Origin: Octopus sinensis
Lineage: Eukaryota
Direction: 5' to 3'
Assembly: GCF_006345805.1 (NCBI RefSeq)
Contig: NC_042999.1
Span: 46,004,001 to 46,068,000 of the forward strand
Length of the DNA: 64,000 nucleotides
Position 1 is the stretch's first letter, and every line of letters begins with the position of its first letter. Both the position numbers and the translations under genes were made by a program. This document shows positions 38,573 to 51,565 of the stretch, in pieces. The notes under the pieces were generated by a model. That model saw only the letters and a list, made by a program, of their open reading frames with translations. It ran no database searches and was not told where the DNA came from.

Positions 38573-38897
38573 GGTGCATGGCTCAGTGGTTAAAGCGTTG
38601 AGCTGACAATCATGAATTTGATTTCTGATCAGGCTGTGTGTTGTGTGCTTGAGCAAGACACTTTATATCACGTCGCTCCAGTTCACTCATCTGTAGAAAT
38701 GAGTTGCAATGTCACTGGTACCAAGCTGTATTGGTGTTTGCCTTTCCCTTTGATAACATCGGTGGAATGGAAAGAGGAAGCTGGTATGCATGGGCAGTTG
38801 TTGGTCTTCTATAAACAACCTTGCCTGGACTTGTGCGTCGAGAGTAACTTTCTAAGTGCAATCCATGGTCATTCATGACTAAAGGGGGGACTTTACT
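38573..38897 (+). mobile_element. SINE family F, full length
   Basis: A-box tggctcagtggtt, core ttgtgtgcttgagcaagacacttt, shared tail. Confidence 0.8.
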
Positions 38898-38908
38898 ACT
38901 TCATTCCT

Positions 38909-38948
<40 letters not shown>

Positions 38949-38949
38949 T

Positions 38950-39330
38950 TACCTTGGCTCATAGAGCGACATGCAGTGCTTGAAGAGACATATTGAGTCA
39001 AGTACATCAAAACCAAAATCAAGTGAAATTCTAGTTGTGATCCCCATGCTGGTGGCATGTAAAAAGCACCATCCGAATATGGCCAATGCCAGTGCTGCCT
39101 TGACTGGCTTCCGTGTCGGTGGCACATAAAAAGCCTCTCCCATTGACACCTGTGCCAGTGGCACGTAAAAATCACCCACTACACTCATGGAGTGGTTGGC
39201 ATTAGGAAGGGCATCCAGCTGTAGAAACACTGCCAGATCAGACTGGAGCCTAGTGCAGCCTCCTGGCTTCCCAGACGCTGGTCAAACCGTCCAACCCATG
39301 CTACCATGGAAAACGGACGCTGAACGATGT
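38950..39330 (+). mobile_element. RTE LINE 3' end (plus strand)
   Basis: aagggcatccagctgtagaaacactgccagatcagactggagcc...ggacgctgaacgatg tail. Confidence 0.8.
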
Positions 39331-40520
39331 TGCCCTATGATCCTAGGTAAGCACAGCAGGCCGTTCTGCAATCCAAGGTACTTTGGATCGGCTGCGGCTG
39401 CTATGTGAAGCTGGTGTAGGAAACAGCCATAAACTCACATTATTTGTCGGGTCTTCACAGTCGCAGCATATCTCCAGAGGTCTTGGTCTTTTGTCATTGC
39501 CTCTGTGAGGCCCAACGTTCGAAGGTCATGCTTGACCACCTCGTGTTAAAATTTTTCAGCTTTTAGTTGAAAAATATTCACTTTAACTCCATTACTAAAA
39601 ATCCAAAAAAAAAGGTTTGAATTTGGGAAATACACTACATCACAACATCCATATTTTCTCAATATTGTGGCCTTTGAATTTAGCCTCAAAGAAATTAGGA
39701 TATTGGCATTTGTAAAATGTAGAAAATTCCAGAAACATTTTATGATTTGAAATTTTCCTGTTTATTATTTTTTGCCATCTGTGTATATTTGGATTTGGGT
39801 TTAGCTGCAATGTGTGTCCTCTTGGGAATGTATCTTCTACTATGATATTCTTGTTGACCAAAGCTTTGTGAATGGATCTGGGAAGCAGAAACTGAAAGAA
39901 ACCTGTAATTTTGTGTGTGTGTGTGTGTGTGTTAGTGACTTCTTGCCTTGACATCATATTACAGTTGTAAGTGAATGTCACCATCATGCAAGTGGAATTA
40001 TTTGTTTCCAATCTTCTGAGACATACCTAGTCATGGTGAAATACTACGACGTTGGCAACAGGAAAGGCATCCAGTTCTAGATAGTCTGTCTCAACAAATT
40101 GTGTATCAAAAAGTGGACATTAAATGATCATAATGATATATATTTATTAATTTTCAAATTATTTGAGTAATTTTTGCCTGGTTGGTGTTTGTCTTTTGAT
40201 AGTTGATGTTCTCACAAATCAGATTTTCCAGTTCATAGAACATTTTTATAATGGAATATAAGGAAGAGAATGCTATCTTTCCTTAAATTAGAAAGACTTC
40301 TTTGGCTTAGAAATAATGAAACCAGTTTTTGTGATTATAACATTACATTTAAATTTCTAGAAACGTCACGTAGATTTAACTATATTTTTTTTTTTGTTCA
40401 GTTGTAACTCATGTAAAGAGATTACCTAAAAGTGCATGACTGACAGTTGGTAGTTAAAAACAAAATTGCCAGCACAGTGTGGTTAAAAATAATATATATA
40501 TATATATATATAAACATATA

Positions 40521-40719
40521 CAGGATGACCCAAAAGTAGGTTTACAGTTATCACATAGGCACTTAAATTTCTTTTAAAACACTTTATTACATTTAAATTT
40601 CTATCTTAGAAACTGAAAAGGAGCTTGACAAAATTAACTAAATTAGCATAGAATAATGGTCTCATATTTTTTTTATAATTAAGATCTAAACTGTTAATAT
40701 ATACTTTTGGGCCACCCTG
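40521..40719. mobile_element. Tc1/mariner-type MITE (199 bp)
   Basis: TA at both flanks; TIRs caggatgacccaaaagta / tacttttgggccaccctg. Confidence 0.8.
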
Positions 40720-40725
40720 TATATG

Positions 40726-40764
<39 letters not shown>

Positions 40765-41025
40765 CATCATCATCATCATCGTTTAACGTCCGCTTTCCAT
40801 GCTAGCATGGGTTGGACGGTTCAACTGGGGTCTGGCGAGCCCGAAGGCTGCACCAGGCCAGTCAGATCTGGCAGTGTTTCTACAGCTGGATGCCCTTCCT
40901 AATGCCAACCACTCCGAGATATATATATATATATATATATATTATACACACACACACACACACAAACCTGTTTAGTGTTAACTATCAGAAAAAGAGTACC
41001 TTAGTAGAGGATAATATATTTTATT

Positions 41026-41242
41026 TTGGTTGAGTTTGCGTCTTGCTACTCTGAGTTTCACCTGTAGATGCACAGGATTTTAAAGCAAGTTATAACTGAA
41101 GATTGATGAGTTTGTACATCTTTATATAGTTTTTTTGTCAAAAGGTGTGATGTGCATCCCATCAATATTCAGTCGTAACTTACCTGAAGGTCTTGTGCTC
41201 CCTTGAGGGATGCTCAGAGTAGCAAGAGCCTGTCTTGACCAA
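41026..41242. mobile_element. Hairpin-type MITE / foldback
   Basis: tcttgctactctgag (41041-41055) is the reverse complement of 41213-41227; agttataactgaagattgatgag is roughly the reverse complement of ccatcaatattcagtcgtaact; central loop ~25 nt. Confidence 0.7.
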
Positions 41243-41250
41243 TATATATA

Positions 41251-42446
41251 TCATCATCATCATCATCGTTTAACGTCTGCTTTCCATGCTAGCATGGGTT
41301 GGACGATTTGACTGAGGTCTGGCGAACCAGACTCCAATCTGATCTGGCAGAGTTTCTACAGCTGGATGCCTTTCCTAACGCCAACCACTCCGAGAGTGTA
41401 GTGGGTGTTTTTACATGCCCCTGACACGTTGCCAGTTAGGTGGTACTGGCAACAGCTATGCTCAAATGGTGCTTTTTATGTGCCCCCTGCCCAGAAGCCA
41501 GTCCAGTGGCACTGGCAACAATCTTGCTCGAATGTTTTCTTCATGTGCCACCAGCAAAAGTGCTAGTAAGGTGATGCAGGTAACGATTGAGCTCGAATGG
41601 TGTTTTTAATGTGCCATCAGCATGAAGGCCAGCTTGTTGCTCTGGTAACGATCTCACTTGTATGTTACTCTTAGCACTCCACTAGCAACGGATGCCAGTC
41701 AGCGAGCTTGATTTCGATTTCACTTGCCTCAGTTGGTCTTCGCAGGCAGAGTTTAGTGTCCAATGAAGGAAAGGCACGCATAAGTGGACTGGTTACACCC
41801 CTGGCATAGGCCACAAGGTTATGGTCTCACTTGCCCTTGCCGAGAAGGTTATGGTCTTACTTGCGCTTGCCAAGTCTTCTCAAGGACAGCATATTTCCAG
41901 AGGTCTCGGTCACTAGTCATTGCCTCGGTGAGGCCCAATGTTTGAAGGTCATGCTTCACCACCTCATCCCAGGTCTTCCTGGGTCTACTTCTTTCACAGA
42001 TTCCCTCAACTGCTAGGGTGTGACACTTTTTCACACAGCTATCCACATCCATTCTCACCACATGACCATACCAGCACAGTCATCTCTCTTGCACACCACA
42101 TCTGATGCTTCTTAGGTCCAACCTTTCTCTCAAGGCACTAACACTCTGTCGAGTATGCACACTGACACTACACATCCATTGGAGCATGTTGGCTTCATTC
42201 CTTGCGAGCTTACGCATGTCCTCAGCAGTCACGCACGGCCCATGTTTCACTGCCATGTAGCATGGTTGTTTGTACACATCCGGCGTACAGTCTACCTTTT
42301 ACTCTGAGCGAGAGGCCCTTTGTCACCAGCAGAGGTAAGAGCTCTCCGAACTTTGCCCAGGCTATTCTTATTCTAGTAGCTACACTTTCAGTGCATCCTT
42401 CCATGCTGCTGACTTGGTCACCTAGGTAACGGAAGCTGTCAACTAC
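41251..42446 (-). mobile_element. 5'-truncated RTE-clade LINE
   Basis: VVDSFRYLGDQ, RIRIAWAKFGELLPLL, LDLRSIRCGVQER, RPRKTWDEVVKHDLQTLGLTEAMTSDRDLWKYAV; same UTR and tail as 36251. Confidence 0.92.
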
Positions 42447-42710
42447 TTATATATACATATATATATATAATCATCATTTAACATTCATGTTCCATGCTGG
42501 CTTGTGTTATATGATGATGATGCTGATATGATATGATGATGATCATCATCATTGTTTAACATCCGTCTTCCATGCATGGGTAGGATGGTTAACAGGAGCC
42601 AGCCAGGTAGAAGACTACTCCAGGATATATATAGTTCACAGATGAGATCCAGTGCTTCCCAGTATAAAAGACATTTAATAGTGCCAAAAAGATTCAAACT
42701 TAAAAGTTGC

Positions 42711-42786
<76 letters not shown>

Positions 42787-43369
42787 GCACACACACACTC
42801 CTGTGTCATGGTTTTACACTAATAGACAGAAAATTAGTTGTACTGATCTTTGAAGGAATCTGCTCTAGTTGACAATGGAAATGAAAGAAAATAACATATC
42901 ATATGAAATGTGATTCTGCTTATATTCTTTGGTTACTTCAAAATGAGGTGATAGAAGCCATACACTATCTGCAAGCCAATATCAGCTCCAGTATTGGTGT
43001 GAGGTTTTAATGATGTGATATTTCTCAGTTAAACATATATTACTGTCATTTGGTGTAGCTCTGTCTGTTACTCTTTCTTTTGCCAGTTGTGCTTTGCAGT
43101 GTTTTCGTTATGATGTTGTTTCAAAAGGCCCATATGTTGATAGAATCAATGACTCTAGCTTGTGATGGTTTAATACCCTCCCCACTACAATTGTAGTGAT
43201 GGTGGGAATTATGATATGAAATGCAGTTACCCATGCCACTACTTATGAAAGGAACATAAACCAGTGTGTGAGGAATTATTTTTCTCTTTGTTTTTATTTT
43301 GTTTTGAGCAATATTGTAGTATTAAAGTGAAATGGTTTTTTCTTAGGGAAATAGTTGAAGAATAGCTGG

Positions 43370-43700
43370 TTTTAATATTGTTCTTAAAATAATTTATGGA
43401 ACTTTCTGTCTTTTTGTTTTGACTACACAGCTTATGCTTGTATTGATGAATGAGGGAGTGAATTTAATCGAATTCTTCTTAGTGCTAGTGTTTTTTGATG
43501 TTTGAACTCTCTACTGATTCCTAGTTGTTCTTGTCCTTGATAATATCAAAAAAGTTGCTTCATCAGATAAGAAACTGCTTGTACATCTAATTTCTGCTGC
43601 AGGTTTTGTGTAGTAACATTTGGTGGATGGCTAGAGTCTGAATGTATATAGATAGGTCAGTTGTTGGGTTTTATATAGGTTTTGTTGGAATGTTGTTTAC
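43370..43700 (-). mobile_element. Penelope-like element fragment (RT thumb region)
   Basis: Decayed KPNN*PIYIHSDSSHPPN and KFHKLF-KNNIKTSYSS, resembling the PLE motifs KP...YIH..S.HP and HKIFNRNT.KISYSC. Confidence 0.55.
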
Positions 43701-44068
43701 CTAATGACCATCAAACTACAGATGAGTTGAGCCTTATCAAAGGAACTTCTCTAGCTCAACAAATACTAAATTTAGTGATTTGCTCTTAGCTAAGAACTTG
43801 TCTCTGTAGAAAGAGGACATCTTTGGTGCCCCTCATGGCAAAATGTGTAATAACATTTGATAGATGGCTGGAATCTGAATGTATATAGATAGATCAGTTG
43901 TTAGGTTTTATATGAATCTTGTTTACCTAGTGACCATCAGACTACAGATGAGTTGAGCCTTATCAAAGGAACTTCTCCAGTTCAACAAATACTAAATTTA
44001 GTGATTTACTCTTAGCTAAGAACTTGTCTCTGTAGAAAGAGGACATCATTGGTGTCCCACATGGCACA
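43614..44068. repeat. Diverged tandem duplication, ~237-bp period
   Basis: 43614-43842 aligns with 43851-44068 with scattered substitutions and one ~10-bp indel. Confidence 0.92.
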
Positions 44069-45720
44069 AACTTGAACTGCTATTCATCTAGGCTAATTCT
44101 GTTCCTAACTTGTTTTGCTATAACCGTTTATGTTATTCTTGTAACCTTGGTCAGTTTGATATCTCTGAGCTACTTCTTCACAAATCATCTTTTTTAGCCC
44201 ATCTAGTAGTTGGTGATGACACTGCTACACCAGTTATTATGTGTATATATATATATATCTGGTTCACTATGCCAGTGACTTGAACATTACATACCTTGCT
44301 ATCTATTTTCAGTTTCTCAGTGAGTATCTTTGATAGTCCAATTCCATTTCTTGATTTCACATCCTTAATAGTGCTTTTTGACCATAAAGCTGTCGACTTT
44401 AATAGCTAGTTCCTTTGTTAAATTTACTTGGAGTAGTCTTTACTCTAAAGCATTCATAACATTCAGCGACCTCCTGTAGTAGCAATTTTAAGCCTATTTC
44501 ATGGTGTTAGTGAGAATAAGTGCACTGCTTTCATTCCAAATAAACATTTCCCAATGACAATGATTAACACTAGGACACTGATTTGCAGTATGGTACACCT
44601 AACGCCTATGATCCTCTTATCATTGAATATTTTTAAACCTTAAACTCTCAGCTTCTCATTGTACTTTGTATATTTGCCATTTTGCTTCTCTCTTAGCTAC
44701 CTGATATTATTCTCAGATTCTCTCTTTCTTCCAGTCTTTCCAGGCCAGTCTCTTTGCTTTCATGGCTCTGTCTACTCTGACATTCCAAAATGATGTCACC
44801 TTCAGTCTAGTTAGTACCATGCTTCAACCACAGATATAGTCTGCTGTGCTTCACAGCACTTTGTTTCATAGTATTTCCTAGTTGTTCTCTATATTATGTG
44901 TCTAGCAGTGACACCTATCAGTTCCCATACCTGCCTTCTTCAAGTTGTCTTGTGTCTCTAGATCCATTTAGCTCTTACTCTGATGTCATTAATCATTATT
45001 TTTTGTTTGAGTGGTACATTCTTCACTATAGAATAACTTGGTATTCACAACCTTCTATTCATTCTATTTCCTGATGAGTATGAAGTCTATCTTTTTTATA
45101 TATTTACCTGATTTGCCTAATTAGTTGGCATCCAGGTTGCTGGTCTATTTCTTAAAGTTAGTGTTACAAATGGTTGGCCTAGTTTGCATCACAAAATTCC
45201 AACCTTGAAACTTCCTCGTTCCATGTATCATATCAATAGTTTCCATATACATCAGATTAGCTATTATAGTATTGTCCAAAAATGCTCATTGACATTGCTA
45301 TCAATGTGATGCAGATGAGTGTCTCACTGAAACTTGTTTTGCTCTTTCTCCGTTTTTGACTCTTGTGCATATACATAACTGTTATTGTTATGTGTCTGTA
45401 ATTAGTCCAAACTTAATTATTCTCTCACATACTCTCACTACTTCAGTTAGTTTCTCTACTCAAAGTATGCCCCCTACAACTACCACCAGCATTGTAACCT
45501 ATCTGAAAAATTTGTGCTTGTATTCCTTGTCCAAAAGAAATCTGCTGAGGCTCTCCCCCATCTTACCTCTTGCATACTGCACACATCTACTTCTTTCTCT
45601 CCAGCATCTCTTCAATCATTTCATTGCACCTGTATTAATGGTAACACCCTTGAAGTTTTGTACATGACAGAATGGGGTTGGTGCCCAATGGCATGTGGGT
45701 TGATAACTGTTTTCAGCAAC
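43930..45720 (-). mobile_element. Highly decayed RTE LINE: APE endonuclease, linker and RT N-terminal half
   Basis: Stop-riddled remnants: EMLERKKVDVCSMQEVRW, VVRVCERII, NTNFKK, KIDFILIR, VNTK..SEECTTQ, RNRISLDE*QFKFVP, KFLAKSKSLNLVFVELEK. Confidence 0.75.
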
Positions 45721-46401
45721 TGAAAGGTAGAATGTTGATGCACTCATTTAGTGAAAGTCAAGGGATTCTAACATATGAAGAGATATTTCCACATGGCCAA
45801 GTCCTTACTGTGTGTAGTATAGCACATAACTTGTTTTGAACTAGTATCAATAGAGTAGTCCCAGTTAATATTAAAATATTGTTCTGAAAGCTTGATTTTT
45901 GTAGAGGGGACATATGGTATGGTGTACCAGTCATTGGTGATTTTAAAACCTGATGCTAACATCATCAGAGCTACATTAATGACACGTTTTCCATGATGTA
46001 CAAATCATCTAATATCACCCACACACACGTGTGTGTGTATGTGATAGATCTCTTGCAAGCAAACCTCTCGCATTGGAGAAGCATCGATTCATATGGTAAA
46101 TACTATATACTGACAACTAGGATTTAGCTTAACCATCAGTGGCAGAGTAGTCACTACTGATGGGCTAAGCAAAGCTAGCTAGCTAGTAGAATGACACTGC
46201 TTGCTGTGGGGCAGTTATCTCCCCTGTCAATGCATAGACCTGTGCTTATTGCAGATATAAGGGTCCTTAATTCTTGTTTCTAGCCATATAGGTCCTACCC
46301 TGCACCCTCAGTCACTATTAGTGACAATTGAAATTTTCCTTTTCTGTTTTATATTGCATCTGGCCACCTTCATTATTCTAAATATTTTATGTATGTGTGT
46401 G

Positions 46402-46443
<42 letters not shown>

Positions 46444-46797
46444 TAAACATTCAATGCAACTGAAGGAGGACACTCTCTGGACCTCTCTAAAATACTTCAG
46501 CATCAAACCTGAGTCATTGTAAGAAATCTACTATCTGGCACAGTTTCATGAAGAAAGTGTCTAGCTTCTGAGCATATCATGATTAAACAAGCTGAGCAAA
46601 AGTAGGAACTACAACATATCAGACCCTCCAATAGATCAGCACAGAATTGCAACCACATTTGTCTTATGTGCAGTTTTACATTTTGTACTTGCAGTGGACA
46701 TATCAGCTACTCCCAGACATAGCAACAGAATCTTTGAATCCAGGGGTGACATTAGAGTTACTCCATCCTATGGATTTATCAACAAGATTGCCTTCTT

Positions 46798-46980
46798 TTA
46801 TGAGCCATTTAAGAAACACACAAAATCCATTAGATTCACTTCAACAATTAAATTTAATTTGTCAAAATATTTTCGGCGCTTTGAGGCCGTGACCTGTTCA
46901 CTGACAAAATTCCGTGCAGCACGGAATTTTGTCAGTGGACAGGTCTAATGGATTTTGTGTGTTTCTTAAATGGCTTATAA
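46798..46980. repeat. Interrupted palindrome with 62-bp arms
   Basis: 46891-46917 pairs with 46919-46945; 46798-46834 pairs with 46944-46980; one mismatch in each pair. Confidence 0.92.
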
Positions 46981-47069
46981 ACACCTTCCATGCTGCAATT
47001 GCTTTCGTTCCAGCACACAATCTCAGATCAGGTCACTTGCTATGCAAGTACATCTCCATAATATCTATT

Positions 47070-47113
<44 letters not shown>

Positions 47114-47733
47114 AACATCTTGCATGCATGCTTGTATTGAATTTTTTGAGAAGTACTGTCAAATAGTTAAATAAATAAATAAGAAAAGTTTTTGGTACAT
47201 AGCATACAATTTATCATCTCATATAAATCTACATATAATATTTCAGTAAATAAATGCCTTTTTCAAATTTGGGAATCTAACCACTAACAGATCAAATAGA
47301 TATATGAATAAACAAAATAGACATATAAATAAACAGAATGTACTGGAACCTCAGCTTAATTGTTCATTGATTTTTCTGATAGCCACCCTGCCACTAGCAA
47401 TGTCTGTTAGTCTGTCAAGCTATTTTCTAAATGTGAGCCATGGGTAATAACATAATCAAAACAAGCTTTTCACTTGAACTTAAAATTATTGTAAATAACA
47501 TCTCTGTTGTTGTTAGTGGGAGCATACCATTAGAGACTCCTTGTTGCTCTGATTTATGTATGTTTATGTGTGTGGTGCATTTATGTCCATATGCATGCAT
47601 GTATGCGGACACAGTATAGCCAAATGGTTAAGAAGTTCACACCATCATGATAAGGTCATAAGTTTGATACCGTTGTGTGTCTTCTTGGACAAGTATCATT
47701 TTTCTATTGCCCAGCATCAGTTCATTCCATGTA

Positions 47734-48311
47734 TTGGGTTGTCCGGAAAGTTTGTGCCGATTTTTAAAGGAAAGAAAAAGGTCAATAAATACTTGCCATT
47801 ACATTTTTAATCAACCAAATATGAACCATTTTGTTGCACAATGCGTCTCCATCTTTCCTTTAACTTGAAAATACCCTCTTCCCAGAATTGAGGTGGTTTC
47901 ATGGCAAAGAATTCATCGGGGTATCTTTTTACGTCATTTAAGGAATTGAAATTTTTATCATTAAGACTATCCTACAGAGACCTGAATAAGTGGAAATCCA
48001 AAGGAGCAACATCTGGTGAATATGGAGGGTGGGGTAACATATAACAGCCAAGTCGCAGCAATTTTTGTCTGGTTCCCAAAGCATCAAGTGCCGAAAATGA
48101 ACTTTCTTATCTTCCATTTTAAAGGGTTACAGAATTAACACAGGTTATAGGAACATAAATCTTCTTCCATGAAAAGATAGCCTAAAGATAACCCTAAACT
48201 GTGCTCTAAATGGAGGTGTAGTCAAATCCTATTTTATGGACTCAACCATGTTCTAAAATAAGTCGAAATATAAGCTACTATAAATCGGCACAAACTTTCC
48301 GGACTGCCCGA
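47734..48311 (-). mobile_element. Internally deleted mariner (DD34D-type) element, 578 bp
   Basis: TA at both flanks; ~30-bp TIRs ttgggttgtccggaaagtttgtgccgattt; N-terminus MEDKKVHFRHLMLWE (ATG 48117-48115) joined to the C-terminal LPHPPYSPDVAPLDFHLFRSL...ERWRRIVQQNGSYLVD*. Confidence 0.92.
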
Positions 48312-48991
48312 TATTTGATATTGGGTACACAAAAACTGTAGAAGCCTGTTAGGCAGTTGGTATCTGTAATTCAAGGCTCCAGCCTTGTCACACTGTGTTA
48401 AGTTGAAGCTGTCTGAGAGTTATGTTTAGGGCATAATAATAATATCTTCTCATATCACTTTGAGTCTTGTGCATAGGTACTGAGCATATCTGTAGAATCC
48501 TCAGTGACAAACACTAATGCAATGAGCTTGACAGTTCATTTGATCAAAGAACTGAAAATTCATGGTCGGAAATTTTGTAGTCATAATATATTACCAACAT
48601 TTATTAGTTATTAAAAGGTTCATGGCCTAGAGGTGAAGGTATTGCACACATGATGATGAAATCATGGTTCCCATTCTCAGACCAGATGGTGTGAAGTGTT
48701 CTTCAACAATGACACCCCCTTCCATGTTGCTCTGCTATCACTTTGATGTCTGATATGTGGTACATCATACAGCTGTGCAGGATACAATGATTTTGATGGA
48801 GCGAGCAAGCTAATGTACAACAAAAACATTTGATCATCACTATAAACATATCATCTGTGCTGGTTGTTCAGTAATTAATGGTGGAACCCTTATTTGCCAT
48901 CTATCAAAGGGCAGTCTAATATATATATATATATATATATATCCAACCCATGCTAGCATGGAAAGCGGATGTTAAACGATGATGATGATGC

Positions 48992-49024
<33 letters not shown>

Positions 49025-49330
49025 GGAGGCACAATGGCCCAGTGGTTAGGGCAGTGGACTCATGGTTATAGGATCACGGTTTCAATTCTCAGACCGGGCG
49101 TTGTGAGTGTTTATTGAGCGAAAACCCTTAAAAGCTCCATGAGGCTCCGGCAGGAGGTGGTGGCGATCCCTGCTGTACTCTTACACCACAACTTTCTCTC
49201 ACTCTTTCTTCTGTAGGCCTTCTCACTTAGCCAGCGGGGTGGTGTCATTTGAAGGCTAAAACAACGAAAAGCGCATTGTGACCAGCGATGTGTAGCAACA
49301 TCTGATAGCCTGGTCGGTCACGGTGATCAC
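49025..49330 (+). mobile_element. tRNA-derived SINE, family E
   Basis: A-box tggcccagtggttag and B-box ggtttcaattc, followed by a unique body. Confidence 0.7.
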
Positions 49331-49334
49331 GGTG

Positions 49335-49368
<34 letters not shown>

Positions 49369-49655
49369 ATGTGTCTGTGCTTGCATGCATGGATGTTTGG
49401 ACAGATGCTCACTCACACTTCTGGTTTTCCTTTTCAAATTCCTCACCAATGGAAAAAAAAAACTGGCTTCTTACTCAGAAGCAAGGCTCCTTCATTGGAA
49501 TTTAGACAAGACCAATGTGGTAGTCATGTATGTGTGTATGTATATATATATGCACACATGTGCATGTGTGCAAATATGGAGGTCACTGCATGTGTGTATC
49601 TGCATGTTTTGATGTATGTACACGCATACATATGCTTGCATGTCTACACATTAAA

Positions 49656-50060
49656 TACTCTTTTACTCTTTTACTTGCTTCAGTCATTTGACTGCGACCA
49701 TGCTGGAGCACCGCCTTTAGTCGAGCAAATCGACCCCGGGACTTATTCTTTGTAAGCCCAGTACTTATTCTATTGGTCTCTTTTGCCGAACCGCTAAGTG
49801 ACGGGGACGTAAATACACCAGCATCGGTTGTCAAGCAATGCTAGGGGGACAAACACAGACACACAAACACACACACACATATATATACATATATACGACA
49901 GGCTTCTTTCAGTTTCCGTCTACCAAATCCACTCACAAGGCATTGGTCGGCCCAGGGCTATAGCAGAAGACACTTGCCCAAGGTGCCACGCAGTGGGACT
50001 AAACCCGGAACCTTGTGGTTGGTAAGCAAGCTACTTACCACACAGGCACTCCTGCGCCTA
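49656..50060 (-). mobile_element. SINE family B, young full-length copy
   Basis: Near-identical reverse complement of 59906-60308. Confidence 0.92.
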
Positions 50061-50249
50061 TGCTAAACTTTTTTCAACAAGTTGTTGCTGTAAGTTCCTG
50101 GTTAGTTTAGCAGTGTCTTTTATGGTTTTGTGAAGCTCAGCTTCTACAGATTGTTGCTGAGACAGTTACACATCCAAGTTCCCCAATAGTTATAAGTAAT
50201 ACTATGAAACTATAGTCTGGGTGGAGTAACGGCAGATTTCTCATTATTT

Positions 50250-50760
50250 CAACATAGATGTTTTTTTTTTATTTCCTCACCAATCTTTAATATCATGTTA
50301 ACACCTACTGAGCAACTGATTTTCACTACATTACACAATTTCCTCTGTTCTAGATCATGCTTCTCATGTCTGTTACGCTTGCATTTTACTGAGATCTTAA
50401 TAGAAACATTCCACCAGTATTCTTTCATATGATTGATTGTGCTCTTCGCATCATCTCTGTACATATGTAGTTTAGTGTAGTGTCTCGGTGTTGTAAGATT
50501 ACATAGATTTTGCTGTTTGTCTTGACTTCTCATATCACTTTGTGTCTTGTGCATAGGTACTGAGCATGTCCAGTTGTATATCTTTTGTCTGTGTCTGGTA
50601 TTATTGAGGAACAAAAGGGAAATCCAGAACAGTAAGGTTCCCTTATGATGCCCCACTTATTATCACAGACTTCTTACATAGTCATTCACCTCCAACATGT
50701 AGCTGACTTTGGGAATATGATGCTCGTCTTCAGTCAACTGGAATTTCAGAAGAGAGCTGT
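50250..50760 (-). mobile_element. Possible decayed CR1/L2-like RT remnant
   Basis: Weak resemblance to SGVPQGSVLGPLLF across frameshifts (agtggggcatcataagggaaccttactg...cttttgttcctc). Confidence 0.3.
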
Positions 50761-51164
50761 TTGAAGTCCAGTGTCCTATTGTTGCGCTGCAGTTAGGAAT
50801 GGACTGTGGTGCCTTATCACTTGTAGGTTTTGAAGCACTGTTTCCTTAAAAATGATAATTGCATCATCATCATCATCATCATTTAATGCCCGTTGTCCTT
50901 GCTGCTCAGTTACAAGGACGTAAACAAACCAGCACTGGTTGTCAAGAGGTGGGGGTGGACAAAGACAGAAACAAGGTCAACAACATACACAACACTGGTG
51001 TTAGGAAGGGCATCTAGCTATAGAAACCATCCCAAAATAGATATGGAGCCTAGGCAGCTCTTTAGCTGGCCAGCTCCTGTCCAACCCATGCCAGCATGGA
51101 AAACAGACATTAAACAATGATAAGGAGGATGATGATGATGATGATATTTCTTTCTTTCTTTTCT

Positions 51165-51565
51165 TTCTTTTACTTGTTTCAGTCATTTGACTGCGGCCAT
51201 GCTGGAGCACCACCTTTAGTCGAGCAAATCGACCCCAGAACTTATTCTTTGTAAGCCTAGTACTTATTCTATCGGTCTCTTTTGCCGAACCGCTAAGTTA
51301 CGGGGACATAAACACATCAGCACCGGTTGTCAAGCGATGTTGGTGGGACAAACACAAACATACACACACATACACATATATATACATATATACATATATA
51401 CGACGGGCTTCTTCCAGTTTCCGTCTACCAAATCCCTTCACAAGGCTTTGGTCGGCCCGAGGCTATAGTAGAAGACACTTGGCCAAGGTGCCACGCAGTG
51501 GGACTGAACCCGGAACCATGTGGTTGGTAAACAAGCTACTTACCACATAGCCACTCCTACGCCTA
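51165..51565 (-). mobile_element. SINE family B, full length
   Basis: Matches the family-B consensus. Confidence 0.9.
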
